A DNA stretch of 64,000 bases from Trichoplax sp. H2 (lineage: Eukaryota): the NCBI GenBank assembly GCA_003344405.1, contig NOWV01000179.1, positions 62,001-126,000 of the forward strand. Reading direction: 5' to 3'. Shown piece by piece: positions 1 through 14,941 of this stretch. The stretch's first letter is position 1; each line of letters opens with the position of its first letter. Position numbers and translations under genes: made by a program. Below the pieces are notes generated by a model. The model made no database searches and had not been told where the DNA came from. It worked only from the letters and a program-made list of their open reading frames with translations.

Positions 1-1899
1 AGAGGAATATTATATTCAAATGAAAGAAAAAGGAAATTCCTACGTAAAAAAGGTTGTGAAATAGTACGGATTGGGTTCTAACTACTTCTTTATATAATGC
101 ACAGCATATTTTATTTAAGCATAATAATGGTACTTTAGTTACATTGGCATCTGTCAATAACTGGGATCTTTATATGTTAGGGAAATTATGAGGAGGCTAT
201 TAAGTCATATACACAATGTATATTAGTACGTCCAAATGAGGTGGCACCTTATACAAATAGAGCTCTTTGCTATCTAAAAACGAGCCAAGCCGCTCTGGCT
301 GAAGCGGATACTGAAACGGCTTTAAAGGTCGATCCTTCGAATGTAAAAGCATTATTCAGACGAGCTTTATCGAGAATTGTACGTATGGGTAATCTAAACC
401 GCTCGTGATACTTACGAGTATATGAGTACTTATCGCAAGTTTCTTTGTACTGATGATGTATTGCTAGATCTGCTGATAAATATCACTCCGTATACAATAT
501 AATTTAATATACACGTATGCTTACAAATTTTAAAGGCTTTGGAAAATTATAAAGAGGGAATTCGCGACTTAAATTTGTTATTAAAGATTGAACCATCGAA
601 TGTAGCTGCTAGGAAAGAGCTAGACAAGGCGAAGCAGAAATGGCTGAAGGTAACTCATTTTAAGTGAATTGTTCACTTTTCGCTTCTGACGTAGGTAGAG
701 TACTAGAAAGTTTCTATACCTTAAAATCGCCCAACTTAGGAAATGCATAATTCAAGTCAAAATGAAAATTCTACCTCTAATAAAAAAACAACGGAAAATA
801 TATCTACAAAAAATAAAGAAACTACAGATAAAGTAAGCAATAAGCAACAGAACATACCACGAAAACGAATGCAAATAGAAGAAATAAATGAAGATGAAGT
901 AAGTTTAAACGCACTAGTATTCTCAATTTTTATGTCATCCTGCTGTAAGTAGTCCTTGCCCGCTTGATATGATACTGTCAATAATGCCATTTATTAGGAT
1001 GAGGTGGTTCCTACGGAAGTTTTAAGCGAGCCGACGAAATTTGACACACACCGATTTAAGAATTCTGCGAAAGATCGTACGAAGGATAAAGATTATAAAA
1101 ATCAGAGTTTCAAATCTAATCAGCAAGTTCCAACCCATCAAGAAAAGCACGAATTAAGATCGGTATTAGACGCATTTCTAGTTCTTGAAACTGTCTGCGT
1201 GCAACATTTATACAATTTAATTAAATTTTTTTTTTGTTTGCACATTTTACTTTTAAACATCCTATGTAATACCTAATTCAAACAAAAATTTCTTATAGGG
1301 CAATCCATATGAATTCCTCAAGGCATGGGAGACAGTTCGCAAGACAACGAATTCAACAGTTGATTACGCTAGATTGCTTAGGCAGATATCCCCTAGCTCT
1401 CTTGTTAAGGGTAATTAATCTACTTAATGATAAAATGCATCAATAATCTCATTTAATCTAAGATGAAGTTAACAGGGGGAATTTCATTTGTAGTTATTAG
1501 CAACGGTCTTGAAGCAGATACACTTGTGTCAATCATAAAAACTTTATTAGAACAATTTAAAGATAGTAACGGTAAGTACTCGGAAAATATACTTAATGAA
1601 AGTTTTTAGTTTCTAACACATAATTTATCCTTTGCATAAGATGATATCTTAACTTCGTACGAAATTCTGAAGTACCTCTCGAAAGTTCCAAGATTCGAAA
1701 TGTCACTACTTTTTCTCAGTGCCTCTGAGAAGCTAAGTAAGTTAACCAGAATTTCGTAAACAACTTTAGAGTTTAACTAACACAGTGTAATCCAACACTT
1801 TCAGATATTAAGCAAGCCTTTAATAACATAGTAATGGCTAATCACCCTAAAGTAAAGACCGAAGACCTGACTGCTCTACGGGCCTTATACAAAGTATAA
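1..1899 (+). CDS. SPAG1: SPAG1-like TPR co-chaperone with C-terminal RPAP3_C domain (5'-truncated, spliced)
   Basis: GT-AG exons at about 1-52, 181-378, 536-649, 741-897, 998-1161, 1299-1409, 1494-1571, 1641-1736 and 1805-1899. TPR clamp sequence MKEKGNSYVKK/GNYEEAIKSYTQCI..PYTNRALCYLK..DPSNVKALFRRA, a KRMQIEE linker, then NPYEFLKAWE..L(S)KVPRFEMSLLFLS..LRALYKV* typical of RPAP3_C. NPYEF is closer to SPAG1 than to RPAP3 (from recall). Confidence 0.78.
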
Positions 1900-2314
1900 T
1901 TTTTCTTTTATAGAACATAATAATTTAAGAGGTATATTTGATATCATATATCATATATGTGATATACATTATAACTTAATCTGTATAAAGAGCACTCCAT
2001 TTTGTGCAATGAAATTTTCTTTCGAGTATTCGTAGAATACAGTGTTAATTAAAATTTTATGTGATAGATAGATTTCACGTATAAATAAACAGTTTTACCG
2101 ACGTAAAGGCTTTCAACTTAGAGCAAAGAATAGGCAAGTCTTTTGATCTATTGTAAACTAAGATGTACTGTGGTAATTTCATGCTAGTTCAAATTTGTCA
2201 ATTTGATTAATTTGTAAGTCGAGAGTTACACAACTACAAACCACATGTTATAAATCATCAATATTGTATTAATTAACTATCGAATCATTTAGAAAAAGCA
2301 ACTTGGGCATTCCT

Positions 2315-5300
2315 TTAATTGATCTGGTTTCCGGTATTTGATTGCGCAGACATCAGAGTGAAAGCTAGTGACTCCACTATAATTATGAATTAAAAAGCGA
2401 AACCTGATGTATCTATACTTAGTTTAGGCAAGTTAGCTAATATGACAATGAAGTTTCATATCCTCAATATCTTACAATAAGTATAATTTCCACGCTTGAT
2501 AATACTACTCATGATGGTAATCAAGAATTGCAGACATTTCGAAAAGTCGTCTTCAAAGGAAGTCAAACTTTTTTCGCTAAAAATTAATCATGTAAATGTC
2601 ACAGCATTACTCGTCGCTTCAATAATTGTAATTAAAACTGCGAGATAAGATAAATCTCTCGTCTTGCCTGATATCAGCTATTCCCTTATCCCATTGACGA
2701 CAAAACATGATAGCAATATTCAATATTTTAGCTATAGTTTCTCTGACTATCCTAACCTACCAGCAGATAAAATTAAAATAATGTATCTCATAGTCATTAT
2801 TTTACCATATCTAATTTAACTCTCAAGCAAATTGTTTTTGTACCTACCCTATCGGTGAGCAAACATCTATCATGTAGAGTTTTAATGTAACGTTTGTGAA
2901 TTTCGATAATTTCGTCCAAGTCTGAAGCCTACAATAGAAAATAGAGATCCTTAGCTGATTTTATAAAGGCTGTATCAAGATTCTTAGTTGATTTGCATAA
3001 ATCTTTACTTTCTCTAGTCGATCTTGGAATTCAATTCCGCTGCTGTAAAGTACCTGAAAATAAATTCGTATAAATCAGTACGAATTAAAGGCATCTTCCA
3101 AATGTATGTCAATAAGATCACCTACCTTTGACATCATATACTGATGTAGAGCATTAACAAAGTGAATTAATTTAAATCGCAAAATATGCATTTGGTGCAA
3201 TAAGGATGATTTTTCTATGTCGTCGGAAGGTGTTAAATAATCTGATGATTTTTCCTCAGCTTCAATATCAGATTCGTCAAGGTTGGGCCGGACGAGGTCT
3301 ATATAAAACAAAAATATAGTTGTCCTTATTTTATATATTACGTTCAACTACGTCAATTTATTAAAATTTTGACAAACATACCGCCAAAGCTCAAATCTTC
3401 AAGCTGCCATAAAGCCCATTTTATTTGCAGTAAAAATCTGAAAATTTTGTTGTAGTAATCCATGGCAAACGAATCGATAACAATATCTAGAGGCCACGCA
3501 ACCTTTCAAATGCAGATAACACTTCAAATGACAGGCTAACCGAACTGGCCAGATAGTATGCACTTCTAATTACATTACGGTCTCGCGGAATCGAAGAGGA
3601 TGCATAATTACGTCATACCTCATATTGTAAATCTAGACAACTCAATGTTTCTATTGCCAACGATGGCTTCTCGCTATGGTTTATTTTAATTGTTAATCTG
3701 TTCAAAAGAAGAGTATCAAAATGAATGTGCGTATGTTCAGAAAGAAATAAGCAAGCTCTAGCACTATAGTTATGTATAGAATAGAAGTAAAAAGAAAGCA
3801 GTTTCATAGTAAGGTTGTTATTATTTCGTAAATCTTACAGAGAAAATGATTGCTTGGATGGAATAATTTGTACTGCCTCATTTAGAATAGTATCAAGGTA
3901 CGAGACATCTTTCCAGTCATTTCCCTTTTGGATCTTCACAAACAACGATAGAACATTTTTTAAACCACTATCAAACTTATTATGAATTGAATTAAATATT
4001 AAGTAAACACCTTTTCAAATATATTACTGTAAAAAGAGTGCATAGCATCCCCAGCTTCCATAAGATAGAGTTTCTAGAAGTGAGATAGAAATTAACGATA
4101 ATCAGCCATCCTTAGCAGACATAAATTCTTCGCTAAACAACTCCAAAAATTCTTACCCTTATATTTTCTAAATGTGAAAATAGCTTACAATCATCTCTTA
4201 AAATATCTAGTAAATGTCGACAAGCCTAATAAAATAAAACGATCACCGATATAATGGTACCAATGCAAATGTGAGCAATTTTAAGGAGCATACTTACCAC
4301 TTTATATCTCGAACTTATATGAGAAACCAGGCACCTATGAAATAGCTTCTCAAAGGGTTCATGGAGTAATTTCGAATCTAAAGCAACGTTAGAATCAAGA
4401 CAAAACAATAGGTCCTTCATTAACAAGTAGTTAGGCATATAAATTTGCAGATATAACTTGTAATAAATGTCAAAGAGCTATTACTAGATATTTCATTACC
4501 ACTTGAAATTTCCCAATTAAAGGCGGATCCAAAACTATTTAAAGAATAGATGAATATAGTCAGCTTTTATATTATTTAGAGCAATTCAAAATACACTGTA
4601 CTAACTTAGCACTGGAATTTCCTAAGTTTCTCTGAGGAAGACGAACATTAAGAGTTTCGTAGAAGTTCAGTTCTAAAAGATTGTTAGACTCAACTGTCCT
4701 TAAAATATCATTTGTTTGCAAAGAATTCCAGACGCAGACAGCATTATTATCTGATGAATTAATTTCATCCTTTTGTCGATCTAAAGGAGAATTTAAAACA
4801 ATCGATATTTTCACTGTATGTAGGTACAAGTGAATTACCGCCTTTAAACCAGAAATGACAAGTTCAGACTTTACCTGAGGTTACTATCAATTCTTTCTTA
4901 ATAGTTTTAGAAAATAAACTGTATAGAGATTCGCTTTCGATAGCTGCAAAGAAAATTCAGCTTATCAAACTAGATACTTAAGAAATCAAAAAAAAAATTC
5001 TAAGCAGTTTCGTACCTTTTAAAAATCGCGATTTTCTGTTACTTGATAACATACCAGCCTATAAGATTAAAAAGTTTCGCATGTTTTCTAATACATAAAG
5101 TTATAAATATTTTGAAAAGTGATACAACTCACATGAATGATAGCGTAAATAAGTTCAGTTGATTTGCCCATCAGTAACATCTGGTTTACAATATTTTGTA
5201 AAAAGGCAGGTACCCAATTCTCTGAAAAACTTGAATCTCCAGAGTTACTGTCTGATCTTACACTCAATGCTGTGAACCAAAATTTCGCATCATTAACTTT

Positions 5301-8300
5301 AACGGCACGATCTCTGTTTAAGATAGAAGGATATAACATCTCAGAATAAGTAATAAAGTTAAGCTTAGTTGAAAAAAATGATTAAGACCGAAATTTTTAT
5401 ATTTTCTTAAACCTGACTATGAAAAATTCTTCTGTTGGATCATTTAATTCACCAGTTGTAATCCACTTTTCTATAATTTTTATATACGGTCTAACAGTAT
5501 CGTGTATTATAGGCAAGAGTAAGCTGACCTGGGTAGATTAAATACAGAAAGTCAGTTATTACTGACATCTTCTGTCATATGACTGGATCACTCGTCATGG
5601 ATAAGAATTATTTTACAAAATAAAAGATGAATGTATGCCATATTATATACTGTACTGTACATTTATGGTACAACAAAGCTAATATCTATCATCTAATTGC
5701 AAATGTGTATATCTATTAGTATCATAGCCGTGTGACAGATTCAAAATGAAATTTCGATAACCAGCTGCAACTATGGCGTACCAGCTTCAAACCAGAATCT
5801 CCCATGTTATCAAAATATATCAGAGCATTGTATAGGGACGATAGTAAGTGAGAAGTTCGCTTGAAGAAGAATAATGCTATTATTAGTGACGGAAAGGGTT
5901 ACGATCTTTATAAATTGTCTATAGCCTTATTTACCAGTGCATTGGACGGAGATATTTGTGATACGCCGCTATCCTGAAAAAAGACAGCGATAAAAAAATT
6001 AAATTCGTCTCAAGAGTAAGAAAAATATTAAGGCTTCTCACTTCTTTGTTAGATATATCAAGGCCCTCCTCGAATAAAGCGTTAAGTGTATGAATCTAAA
6101 TAAAAAATTCAAAAAGCTCGTAAGTAAATTATGATCTATATATCTATATATTGAAATTCGTACAAAAAGGTTCATTGTGCTATCATTGCCGTATAGGCAA
6201 GTCTGATCTCTATAAAAAGTTATTATTCCGATAAAGACAGATAAACACATACCAAAGTGGTTTCCACGTGTAATTTACTTGATAATTTCAGCAGAGATAC
6301 ATCAATATCTAACACAATTCGTTATAATCGGTAAGAATGAGTGAATAACGAATCCATATTGGTTACTTGTCATACCTTGATTAAGAATCCTTCTTTCTAT
6401 AGTAAGGATGTTGTTGTCAAAAGTCTTTAGACATAGGATCATATAAAGAACGCATATTACTAAGCTGAGATCCCTTAAAAATCATTTCATTAAAATTGTA
6501 AATATTACCTTTAAAAACTCGGTCAGAGTTGCAGCAAATGCGTGATAAGTTAAATTGAGATTTTTATCACGTTTCATTGTAATAGATTCAATAAAATTCG
6601 ATACTTTTGCTCTAATATTTGCTATTTTCGCGAAATGCCGTAAAATATTAATTAAGCTAACCTACAATACGTTAAAAAATATAACTTTTAGCAATAGCAT
6701 CAATTAAAATCAGTGACACACAAAAATCAATGCTTTTACATACAGGAGTTAAATGGCTAACTTCCATATCCGGGTTTACGTCAAAGTAGCCATCGCAAAA
6801 TTTATATACAAACAATTTTCTCACACCACGAAGCATCCTGCAGAGTTTACACGTATGTTAGTATCCTATCGTCACAAAATTAATATGTACAGTAGCTTCA
6901 CAGTTTGTCAAACAGCAAAGGTTTGAATATGCTGGTATATACGCGTAGTACATACTGTAAATAATCGGTAAAAGTCGCTACAATTACATTAATAAAAAGT
7001 GAGTCTGTCAGTTAAGATATATGAGTGCAATATTGGAGCATTCGACATATGATACAGTTATGTAGAGACGACTTACCAAAGTGTTTCTCTGACGACCTGG
7101 TATTCCGTCACAACGACTTTCGTATGAGGTCGATATAATTGCAATTTACTAGCAATATATTCATCCCTAGAGATAGTATTGAAATTAGCAACCAACTTTA
7201 TTCATTTGATAGCACACTATTCAGTAGTCAATAAACAAGGGGTTAAAATTGGTGATTATTCTTGATATACCATTCGAAAGCTAGAGTACAGTCTCGACAG
7301 TGAGAGGTTTTGATACGGTTGCGGATTTGCTTAGGATCTGGTGTGCAATTCCAGTAAGCTTGTACTAATTGTGATGTTACATTATCCTATTTATGAAATA
7401 GACATGATTATTTCTATCCACGGAATATATGCGAACATATTGGTATACAATCAGATTTGAAATAGAGCAAAAAATTTTACTTACCAGCAAATTTAGCCTC
7501 TCAGCTACTGCTGACTGAGACGTCTCTTGCGCTTCAGAGTTTATCTTATCCTTATCAACCTAAAGCAGAGGCGGGTAGTTATTATGTTTAGACACAGTAC
7601 ACGCATCACTGCAAGCACTACACTATTTAAGTCTGAGGAAGGCAAAATTTGTCTTACTTCGTCTGAAAATCTTACAGTTGCGTCATCGTTTACCTGAATT
7701 GATGAAATACATTGTTACGCATAAGCTATACCAATAAAATATGAATAATACAGGAAATGAAGACTCTATCAGACATTAAGCTATTGTAATTACAATGTCC
7801 CTATCGATATGCAAGTGAATATTAGGACGATATTCTCCTTCCATTAAATACTTTGGCCAGTCAATTGTTTCTTCATCAGCTGGTTCTTTCGTATCTTTGT
7901 AAGCAATAAAATAAAGTTTAATCTCTTTTTTAAGAAAGTAATAATTACATGCATTGTACATTCAGTGTACAGTGTACAGTGTACAACGGCGCAAGTTTTG
8001 AATCGTACAGTACATACTTGCATAAAAATTCTTTATAAAGATTCAACATATACTTCCTAGCGAATTACTTTCTCTATCAATCTTAAGCATCAACAGGCAG
8101 TTTTGTAGAAATTTTCTACTTTGTCTTAATACTAATTTTGTATCATTAGCATCCTTTATTAGTATGATAATGGAGGTATACTATGAGATTATGGCTAATA
8201 ATATCTTAGAAATGTAAAATAATAATAATGGAAATGCAAACGTGTTAAATTAACATTATTTGATGACTATCAATCGCTTTTTAAATTTTGTACGAAATTT

Positions 8301-10567
8301 CGCATTTCTACGAGTATGCATATCATAACCTGTAGAGACTATGATTTTCTCGATGTTGGTCTGCCCTACTGAATACTGCTACTCCCTAGATTTGAAACTA
8401 CTAACACATAGCTACTAATGCGAAATACAATCAAGTAAACGTAGATCGCGAACCATGTACTATACATTACAAAAAATCAGCTATTGTAAGTAGAATGCTT
8501 GAGTATCACCGCTTGATCGACTAAATAACTCACTAGGATTCAAGGAAATTTTGTCATTACGACAAACTAAAAGATGTCATATAATATGTCAAGATCCTAA
8601 CATCCTTACAATAGAATCTGAAATGCCTAGTCTAAAGTATTAATGCTTTCCTATTGCAGCATTTCATTGAAACTTGAGAGGATGCTAGTAGGTGACTTAT
8701 AAAGCTATTCAATCAACCAATAATTAATGTGAGTATTTAATATTTGTATAGAAATCAGTATTATGATATTACAATTTGATAGGAATACATAGACACCCAT
8801 ATAAAAAGAATGTACAGCCTATTATTTTTGTCATTAACTGCTAAGAGGTTGTTTGGATTATCCTGCATACCTTGCTGGCGTAATAAGATGGTTTCACGAT
8901 CCAGTGTAGGGTTATTGGCACTATTGAGTAGTAACCATATGATGGAATAGTGGAAATCGCTCTAGAATTAAATAATATCCAAGGAAAGTCACACATGGCC
9001 CAATACAATTTGTATTTTTCTAATTTTGTAGGAGCTAATTTAGTATAGTTGCCTTGATATTGCCTTGAAGGGATATATTAAGAAACTGTTGAGTTTTCTC
9101 CTTTAGATAATCTCCTCTTTGTTGCTGTGAATGGATTGTAAACTTTGTACATAAGCTAAAGAATAATCAATATTGAAAATTTTGGTTATAGATTGAAATT
9201 AACAGTTCAGATTATAAGTGCTATGGGGTAGTTCAGTCAAAGTAAACTTGCTTATACTGTAGTATAATATAATATAATACATGCATAAATGACTTGTCCT
9301 CTCTAATCAATAATGCAGCAAGTGTTTACTGTATATGTAGCAGATTTGATTTTACGAATGGGAAATTGTAACGATATGCAAGTCCATAAAATGATATATA
9401 ATTGAATGGCAGCAGAAACACGAACATGTATAACAAGAATGCGGCTATTCGTAAGGATTTAGCTTACCCTTCTACACTCCTCTCTACTTGATGGCTATTA
9501 ACATCTAAGAATCGATGAAATCTATGTAGAAAATAATAGAGATAGCGTGATTATCTACGTCATGATTGATGATAAGATGGATAGAAAGGTACGCTATCTT
9601 TAATAAATCAATTGATGCTAGTCCCTAATTATAATAAAATATCGGTCATTGCTAGCAAGAATAGAAGGCAAACAGTGAACTTTATCACACCTAAAATTAA
9701 TCAATCCGTGTTAATTCAACTACGTAAAAATATCAGTCATGACAGTACTCACAAGAATGAAAGAAAGCAGTTAATCTTACCTGAAATTTGATAATACAAA
9801 GTTGTAAGCAATCGTCCAGTTTTCAGTCTTGGGCTAGCAAATATTAAGATTATAAAAATTGAGTTATCATTATAATGGAGTTTTGTAAGATGCAATCAAC
9901 AAGTCGTAAACATAGTATCAAGGGCTTTGCTCAGCATAACTCTGAGTGATAATGGCGATATCGAAGTATTTACAACTATGATTGATATACAGTACTGTAG
10001 ATAATTACTATGTCCTTTCCATTTCAATGACAATATAGTATCCGCTATCGAGACTTTCATCAATGTACCTATGAGTAAGTATGTTGATGTCGAATACGTA
10101 TTTGCAAGTATGATTAACCAACGAGTACTGTAGGTCAAAATTATTGTTGCCTTGTTGAATTTCCATTCAACCAGTTATCACTGTACACTGCATTCTCGTA
10201 TACGGTATTAGACAGCAATCGATGCTACTTTTAAGAGCGACATACCTAGGTAGATACAGTACTATTTGATTATAGCTACAAATTGAATTGGATGCGTGAA
10301 GTATTGTACTAAAGATGGAGATCACAAACGCATGTTTTTACTACTTAATTGATGTGATTGAAATGTAAACAGCCCAAATTGAAATTAAACTAGGCTATCT
10401 CTAACTTGCTATTGGAATTGAATTGAAGCTAACGATTACTCGATGTAGCCAATTCCATTTTGACATCGATTAAAAGAGTTCACAGCCTCTATATTTACCT
10501 GGATTCCCGTTAATGATGAGATCAAGTCTCCCGCCAAATTTTCAAAATTAGGACGATGCAAAGCCAT
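2315..10567 (-). CDS. TUBGCP5: Gamma-tubulin complex component 5 (many exons)
   Basis: Starts MALHRPNFENLAGDLISSLTGSQ. Exons encode FHRFLDVNSHQVERSVEG, SDFHYSIIWLLL, IDWPKYLMEGE, WVPAFLQNIVNQMLLMGKSTEL, HQMHILRFKLIHFVNALHQYMM and the terminal LESLAFTLMS..NQIN*. These match recalled GCP5 motifs (FHRFLDVNSH, DWAKYLME, LESLALSLM). Confidence 0.92.
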
Positions 10568-11589
10568 TTTGCGATTTAGATTGGGCCAAGAAGTTGACTT
10601 CTACCTACACAATGATACTATAGGTCCAGGAAAAGATTTCAACGATAGCAGCGATAGACTAAACAGATCCAAAGGTACCATAGAGAGAGACTATAAACAC
10701 CATTAAGTTGCAAAGATTGTCGCCAGAGTTGTTTCTTTCCGCTACTTTGCTAGGCCGATTAGCTCTACTGGATAGGAAGACCCGATTTGCGCAAGCTTGA
10801 TTCCACCTCCAATTGATCACTATGGTAATATACTCTGAGATAGGCATTCTATACAAGTCCCGTTTCACGTCACTGGTCCTATACTAGAGTAGAGAGACGA
10901 AGAGATAATGTAACCACTAACCCCCCCTCCAAAGTTTAGCTCATTAAGCGTTATTTTCTCCAAAAAAACTGGCAAAGGGATAGCTAGCTACTAGCATAGA
11001 TAGTATTAAGACTCATCATTTTAACCAGAAAGTAGAATAACCAACAAGAGGCTGACTAGACTAGCTCGTAGTATGGACATTTTTGCCTCATTCTATCCAC
11101 TTTTCTACAAGTATTGCATATTGTACTAACCAGCTAATCGCTACACTTTGCATACAGTACAGTATAACCAGGGAGACTGTTTTGCGTATGCTGAGTACAC
11201 AGGTTTCCGTATAGCATGTAAACCGTCCAATACAGTTAATATACCTAAATTTTAGTCATGATTGCGTAGCTCTATAGAGAATGGAAAACAGCCTCCCCAG
11301 AGGCAGGATACTGTTAGCAGACCCAGACAGACCTCGGAGAGGCACGACCAGTTGCAGCATTGGCAAGAAAACGACATGAGCTAATTGATTTCTTCTTCCC
11401 CCAAAGCTGTCATTGACTTATCGATACCATCTTGATACAGTCTCTATCCAGAATTACTCTAATTCTTGCTTTTTCTCTAAATTGGATATTGGATTGATCA
11501 ATATTCTACTCGTATTAGATTGCTACAGCATCGGCTTGTGTAATATGATCAAATAGGAAAGGTTGTTCAGACACATTCACGAGCTCGTT

Positions 11590-13582
11590 ATGCCTATCGA
11601 TCGAAATAGAATATCTGGTCCAGAAGAAACAGAACCAATCGAAAATGAACCTTCTCAACCTGCTGTCAGTTGGAAATTCCATATTATAGACTAGCATGGA
11701 TAGATTATAGCTTAATTTGCCAAATTTCTCTTCATATTTACCTTAAAATATATCAACGCTTGCATAGGTCCTACCCCGTGGTCAACGACATGATCAGCGA
11801 AAATCTGACGAAATCAGGCCAATCTGTAATCATAAATGAATCACTTTTTATTTACGATTAATGTCGTATTGATTATCTTGATATTGCTGAAGGTGAAATA
11901 TGCGTAAAGATTACCAACTGCCTAAATTTTATGATCGTCTAGTTTGTAGAACGGGTGCTGTCAGCCAGGCTGTAGGATCTGCATATATTGAATTAAGAAA
12001 TACCAAGATTATTTGTGCCGTGTTAGTTTGTTATGCCTGTATCTTCATAGTTAGACATGCGAAGGAAATTCCTCTTTCCTTAAATTAAATTCTTCAAATC
12101 TTGTAAACGCCAACTAGTAGAGCTTAACCTTGTAGTAAAATACAAATTTAATTTGCTCTTGTTATGCAGTTATGGACCACGAGAAGTAGCCAAGAAACAA
12201 GAATTTAATATTCAGGTCGAAATAGATATCCTAACTTTGGTTATTTTTAGCCTACAGTTCAATGATTGATAACTTTGCTGCTTCTATATGCATACTATTT
12301 AAATATAGGCTACAGTAGCCTGCGAATTAAAATTTGCTACATTTTCCTGCCGGCGTCGTCGCCGTCATATACAGGTAAATAAAATCCATACTGACGGCAT
12401 CACTATAAGACTTTAATCACAATTTTCTACAGCAAGCGAGCTAAATATAAGCTTTACTCTATTCAACCCTACCCCATTCGTGTATATCTCTCAATTTATG
12501 AAGATGTTTATCGAGAATTGTGAAAGATCAGCAATTTCATTTGCACTTTTGGCACAGAATTTTGAAAATTGACAATCTTATATTAAGTATTTTGTTTATT
12601 GCAAAGGATTCTCAAGAGAAGGAATATTCACAGATTATTGTGCAAGCATTACAGCCAGTTGTACGACTTGTAAGTTATCGATTAAAGGTTCAGTATATTG
12701 ACTATCCTTTGTGGGTAGCATTACTTGACTTCTTCAATAACCATCTCTTTAATATTAATACGCTTAGGACAAATATCCAAAGTCACAAATTGACATCTTT
12801 ATTACTGTTTTGCAAAATGATGGCAGTGGTAATTTTTACAATCTCAAACTGACAATAATTACTCAAGGAAATAATTTAAGTATACCAGATGATAACGTGT
12901 GATTATATTATTACAATCTTATTTCATTATAGTCTTAGGTGGTGCTATTACAGCTGCTTCAGTAGCTTTAGCCGACTCTGGTATAGAAATATTTGACGTG
13001 GCAATTGGCTGTTGCTTGGTTAGGCTGATTAATTATTGTCAATATAGTGTACAGTACAACGTTTAATGTCAATAATTAACGAAATAATTCAATTTTTAGC
13101 GTCAAATAGGAGATCTTTCATTGATTGACCCAACCTATCTTGAGGAAGAAGGTCGTCTTAATGTATGTAACCTCTACTACTTAATTTTATGGTATTTTGG
13201 ATCAAGCCAAGAAAAGAATGTTGCCTTAGAGGATAACTATCAAGATCTTGATATGACTGTATTTTTTATCATAGAATGAAGAAGAAGATGAAATAGTAAC
13301 CAATGCTAATGTAACTATAGCGTTGTTGCCTTCATTGAATCAAGTATCAGCATTAATTATGAATGGAGAATTAGATGTAGATTCAACCCAAAGGGTTAGT
13401 ACCGACTATAGTAATAATAGCCACAGAATTATTGTAAAGAATTTTATACCACTAGCATGGCATAAGGATGATTTCACTTTTTTTAGATTATAAAAGATTG
13501 TCTTGAAGGATGTATAAGGATATATCCTGTTGTACGAGAATGTTTGACAAAAAGCTTAGAAGAGAAAATGTCAAGAAATTAA
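11590..13582 (+). CDS. EXOSC6: Exosome complex component MTR3 (RNase PH-like), 11 exons
   Basis: MPIDRNRISGPEET start (human MPGDHRRIRGPEES), RPIFCRTGAVSQAVGSAYIE, VYGPRE, ELKFATFSCRRR, DKYPKSQIDIFITVLQNDGS, AASVALADSGIEIFD, ALLPSLNQVS, ending EEKMSRN*. All exon phases join with GT-AG. Confidence 0.93.
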
Positions 13583-14941
13583 CTGCGATGGACCCATTCC
13601 TGAAATATTTTAAGTTTGTATACGCGCTCCATGTCGAATTTTTTTATAATTGGATTGCTAATTATGGATACGTATAATCGACATCTGTATTATATTTATG
13701 CTATCACTTGAGGTGATACGATTAAAATACAATTAAAATCTAGGATCGCTCGTATGGTCTTATTATCCTATTAACAAGTTATAATAGCCTGACTGCTACT
13801 ACATTCGGTTCATATTTTAAGATAACCACTAGTCGTCGATCACTTATATTTCGTAAAGTGTATAAACGCCTGATCTCTAAAAAATAGGAGACGTACTGTA
13901 TATATTTTATTACCTGGAGATAGTTGGTAGGCTATCAGTCACTGCCATAAATACTAAAGTATAAATAGTACATTCGTTACCCAAACCATCTCATCATCAG
14001 CCTCTGTCTACTTCATATCTTGTATGTTTCATATCCTATTGCGCAAGTATTTATGTAATATTCTGTAGCTTAGACTAACAACATCCACAGAGATAAGGTG
14101 GATTGCGAGTTTGCGACAGCATCGGCAGCAATTAAGGGTTAAAAACTATTTCGGTTGTTTTAGATAGATGCAGTATTAAATTATGTATATGCTGCATAAT
14201 GATCCGCTATACCCATGTTTAGCTTTGGTTTGGCACAGTCGAGGTAAGTACAATACTGCTAATAAATTTTCAAATCTCCTTCAGTAGACCTTACACAGTA
14301 CAACACTACGATTTTTTGACTTGGTGAAATGACAATTATAATGATCATTAGATATTCTACCAAAATATACCCGTATGTGATATATTTAAAGTTAATAAGA
14401 AAATTTACCCTCCCAAGCTGGGACATCATCTCAGACTAAGTAGGCCATACAGATTCATTAAAGAGTAATCAGCTCAGTTAAAAAGAAACCAGTTTTATTG
14501 TTCTTTTACGCTGGCGACATTTAAGAGAATGCGAAGATAGAAATTGAAGTACAAGGATAACATAAGATAAGAACGAAGTATACATTAGTTATATCGCATC
14601 GTCATATCAGCTAAAATATCTTCCACACGAATAAACAAAAACGGAATTTTAGCTCTTTAATTACATCGTAGAGCAAGATAAATACGATCGGCATCGATAG
14701 CAATAATTTTATTTAAATTCTCTGCTACCAATAAACTGTAAAGAAAAGATTGTTTGCTCGACTATCAAGTCAGCTTTATTAAGCGCAGTCACGACGGTAT
14801 CATCATATACGTATCCATAGATGGCTAGTCAATACAATTTTCTACGCGGAGTGAAAAAGTGTCTTTATCATCATTTAAAGTCTAAACAAGATCTAATCTA
14901 CACAATTTTTAACTGTCTTGGGTTTCAGTTAGATTCACCAT

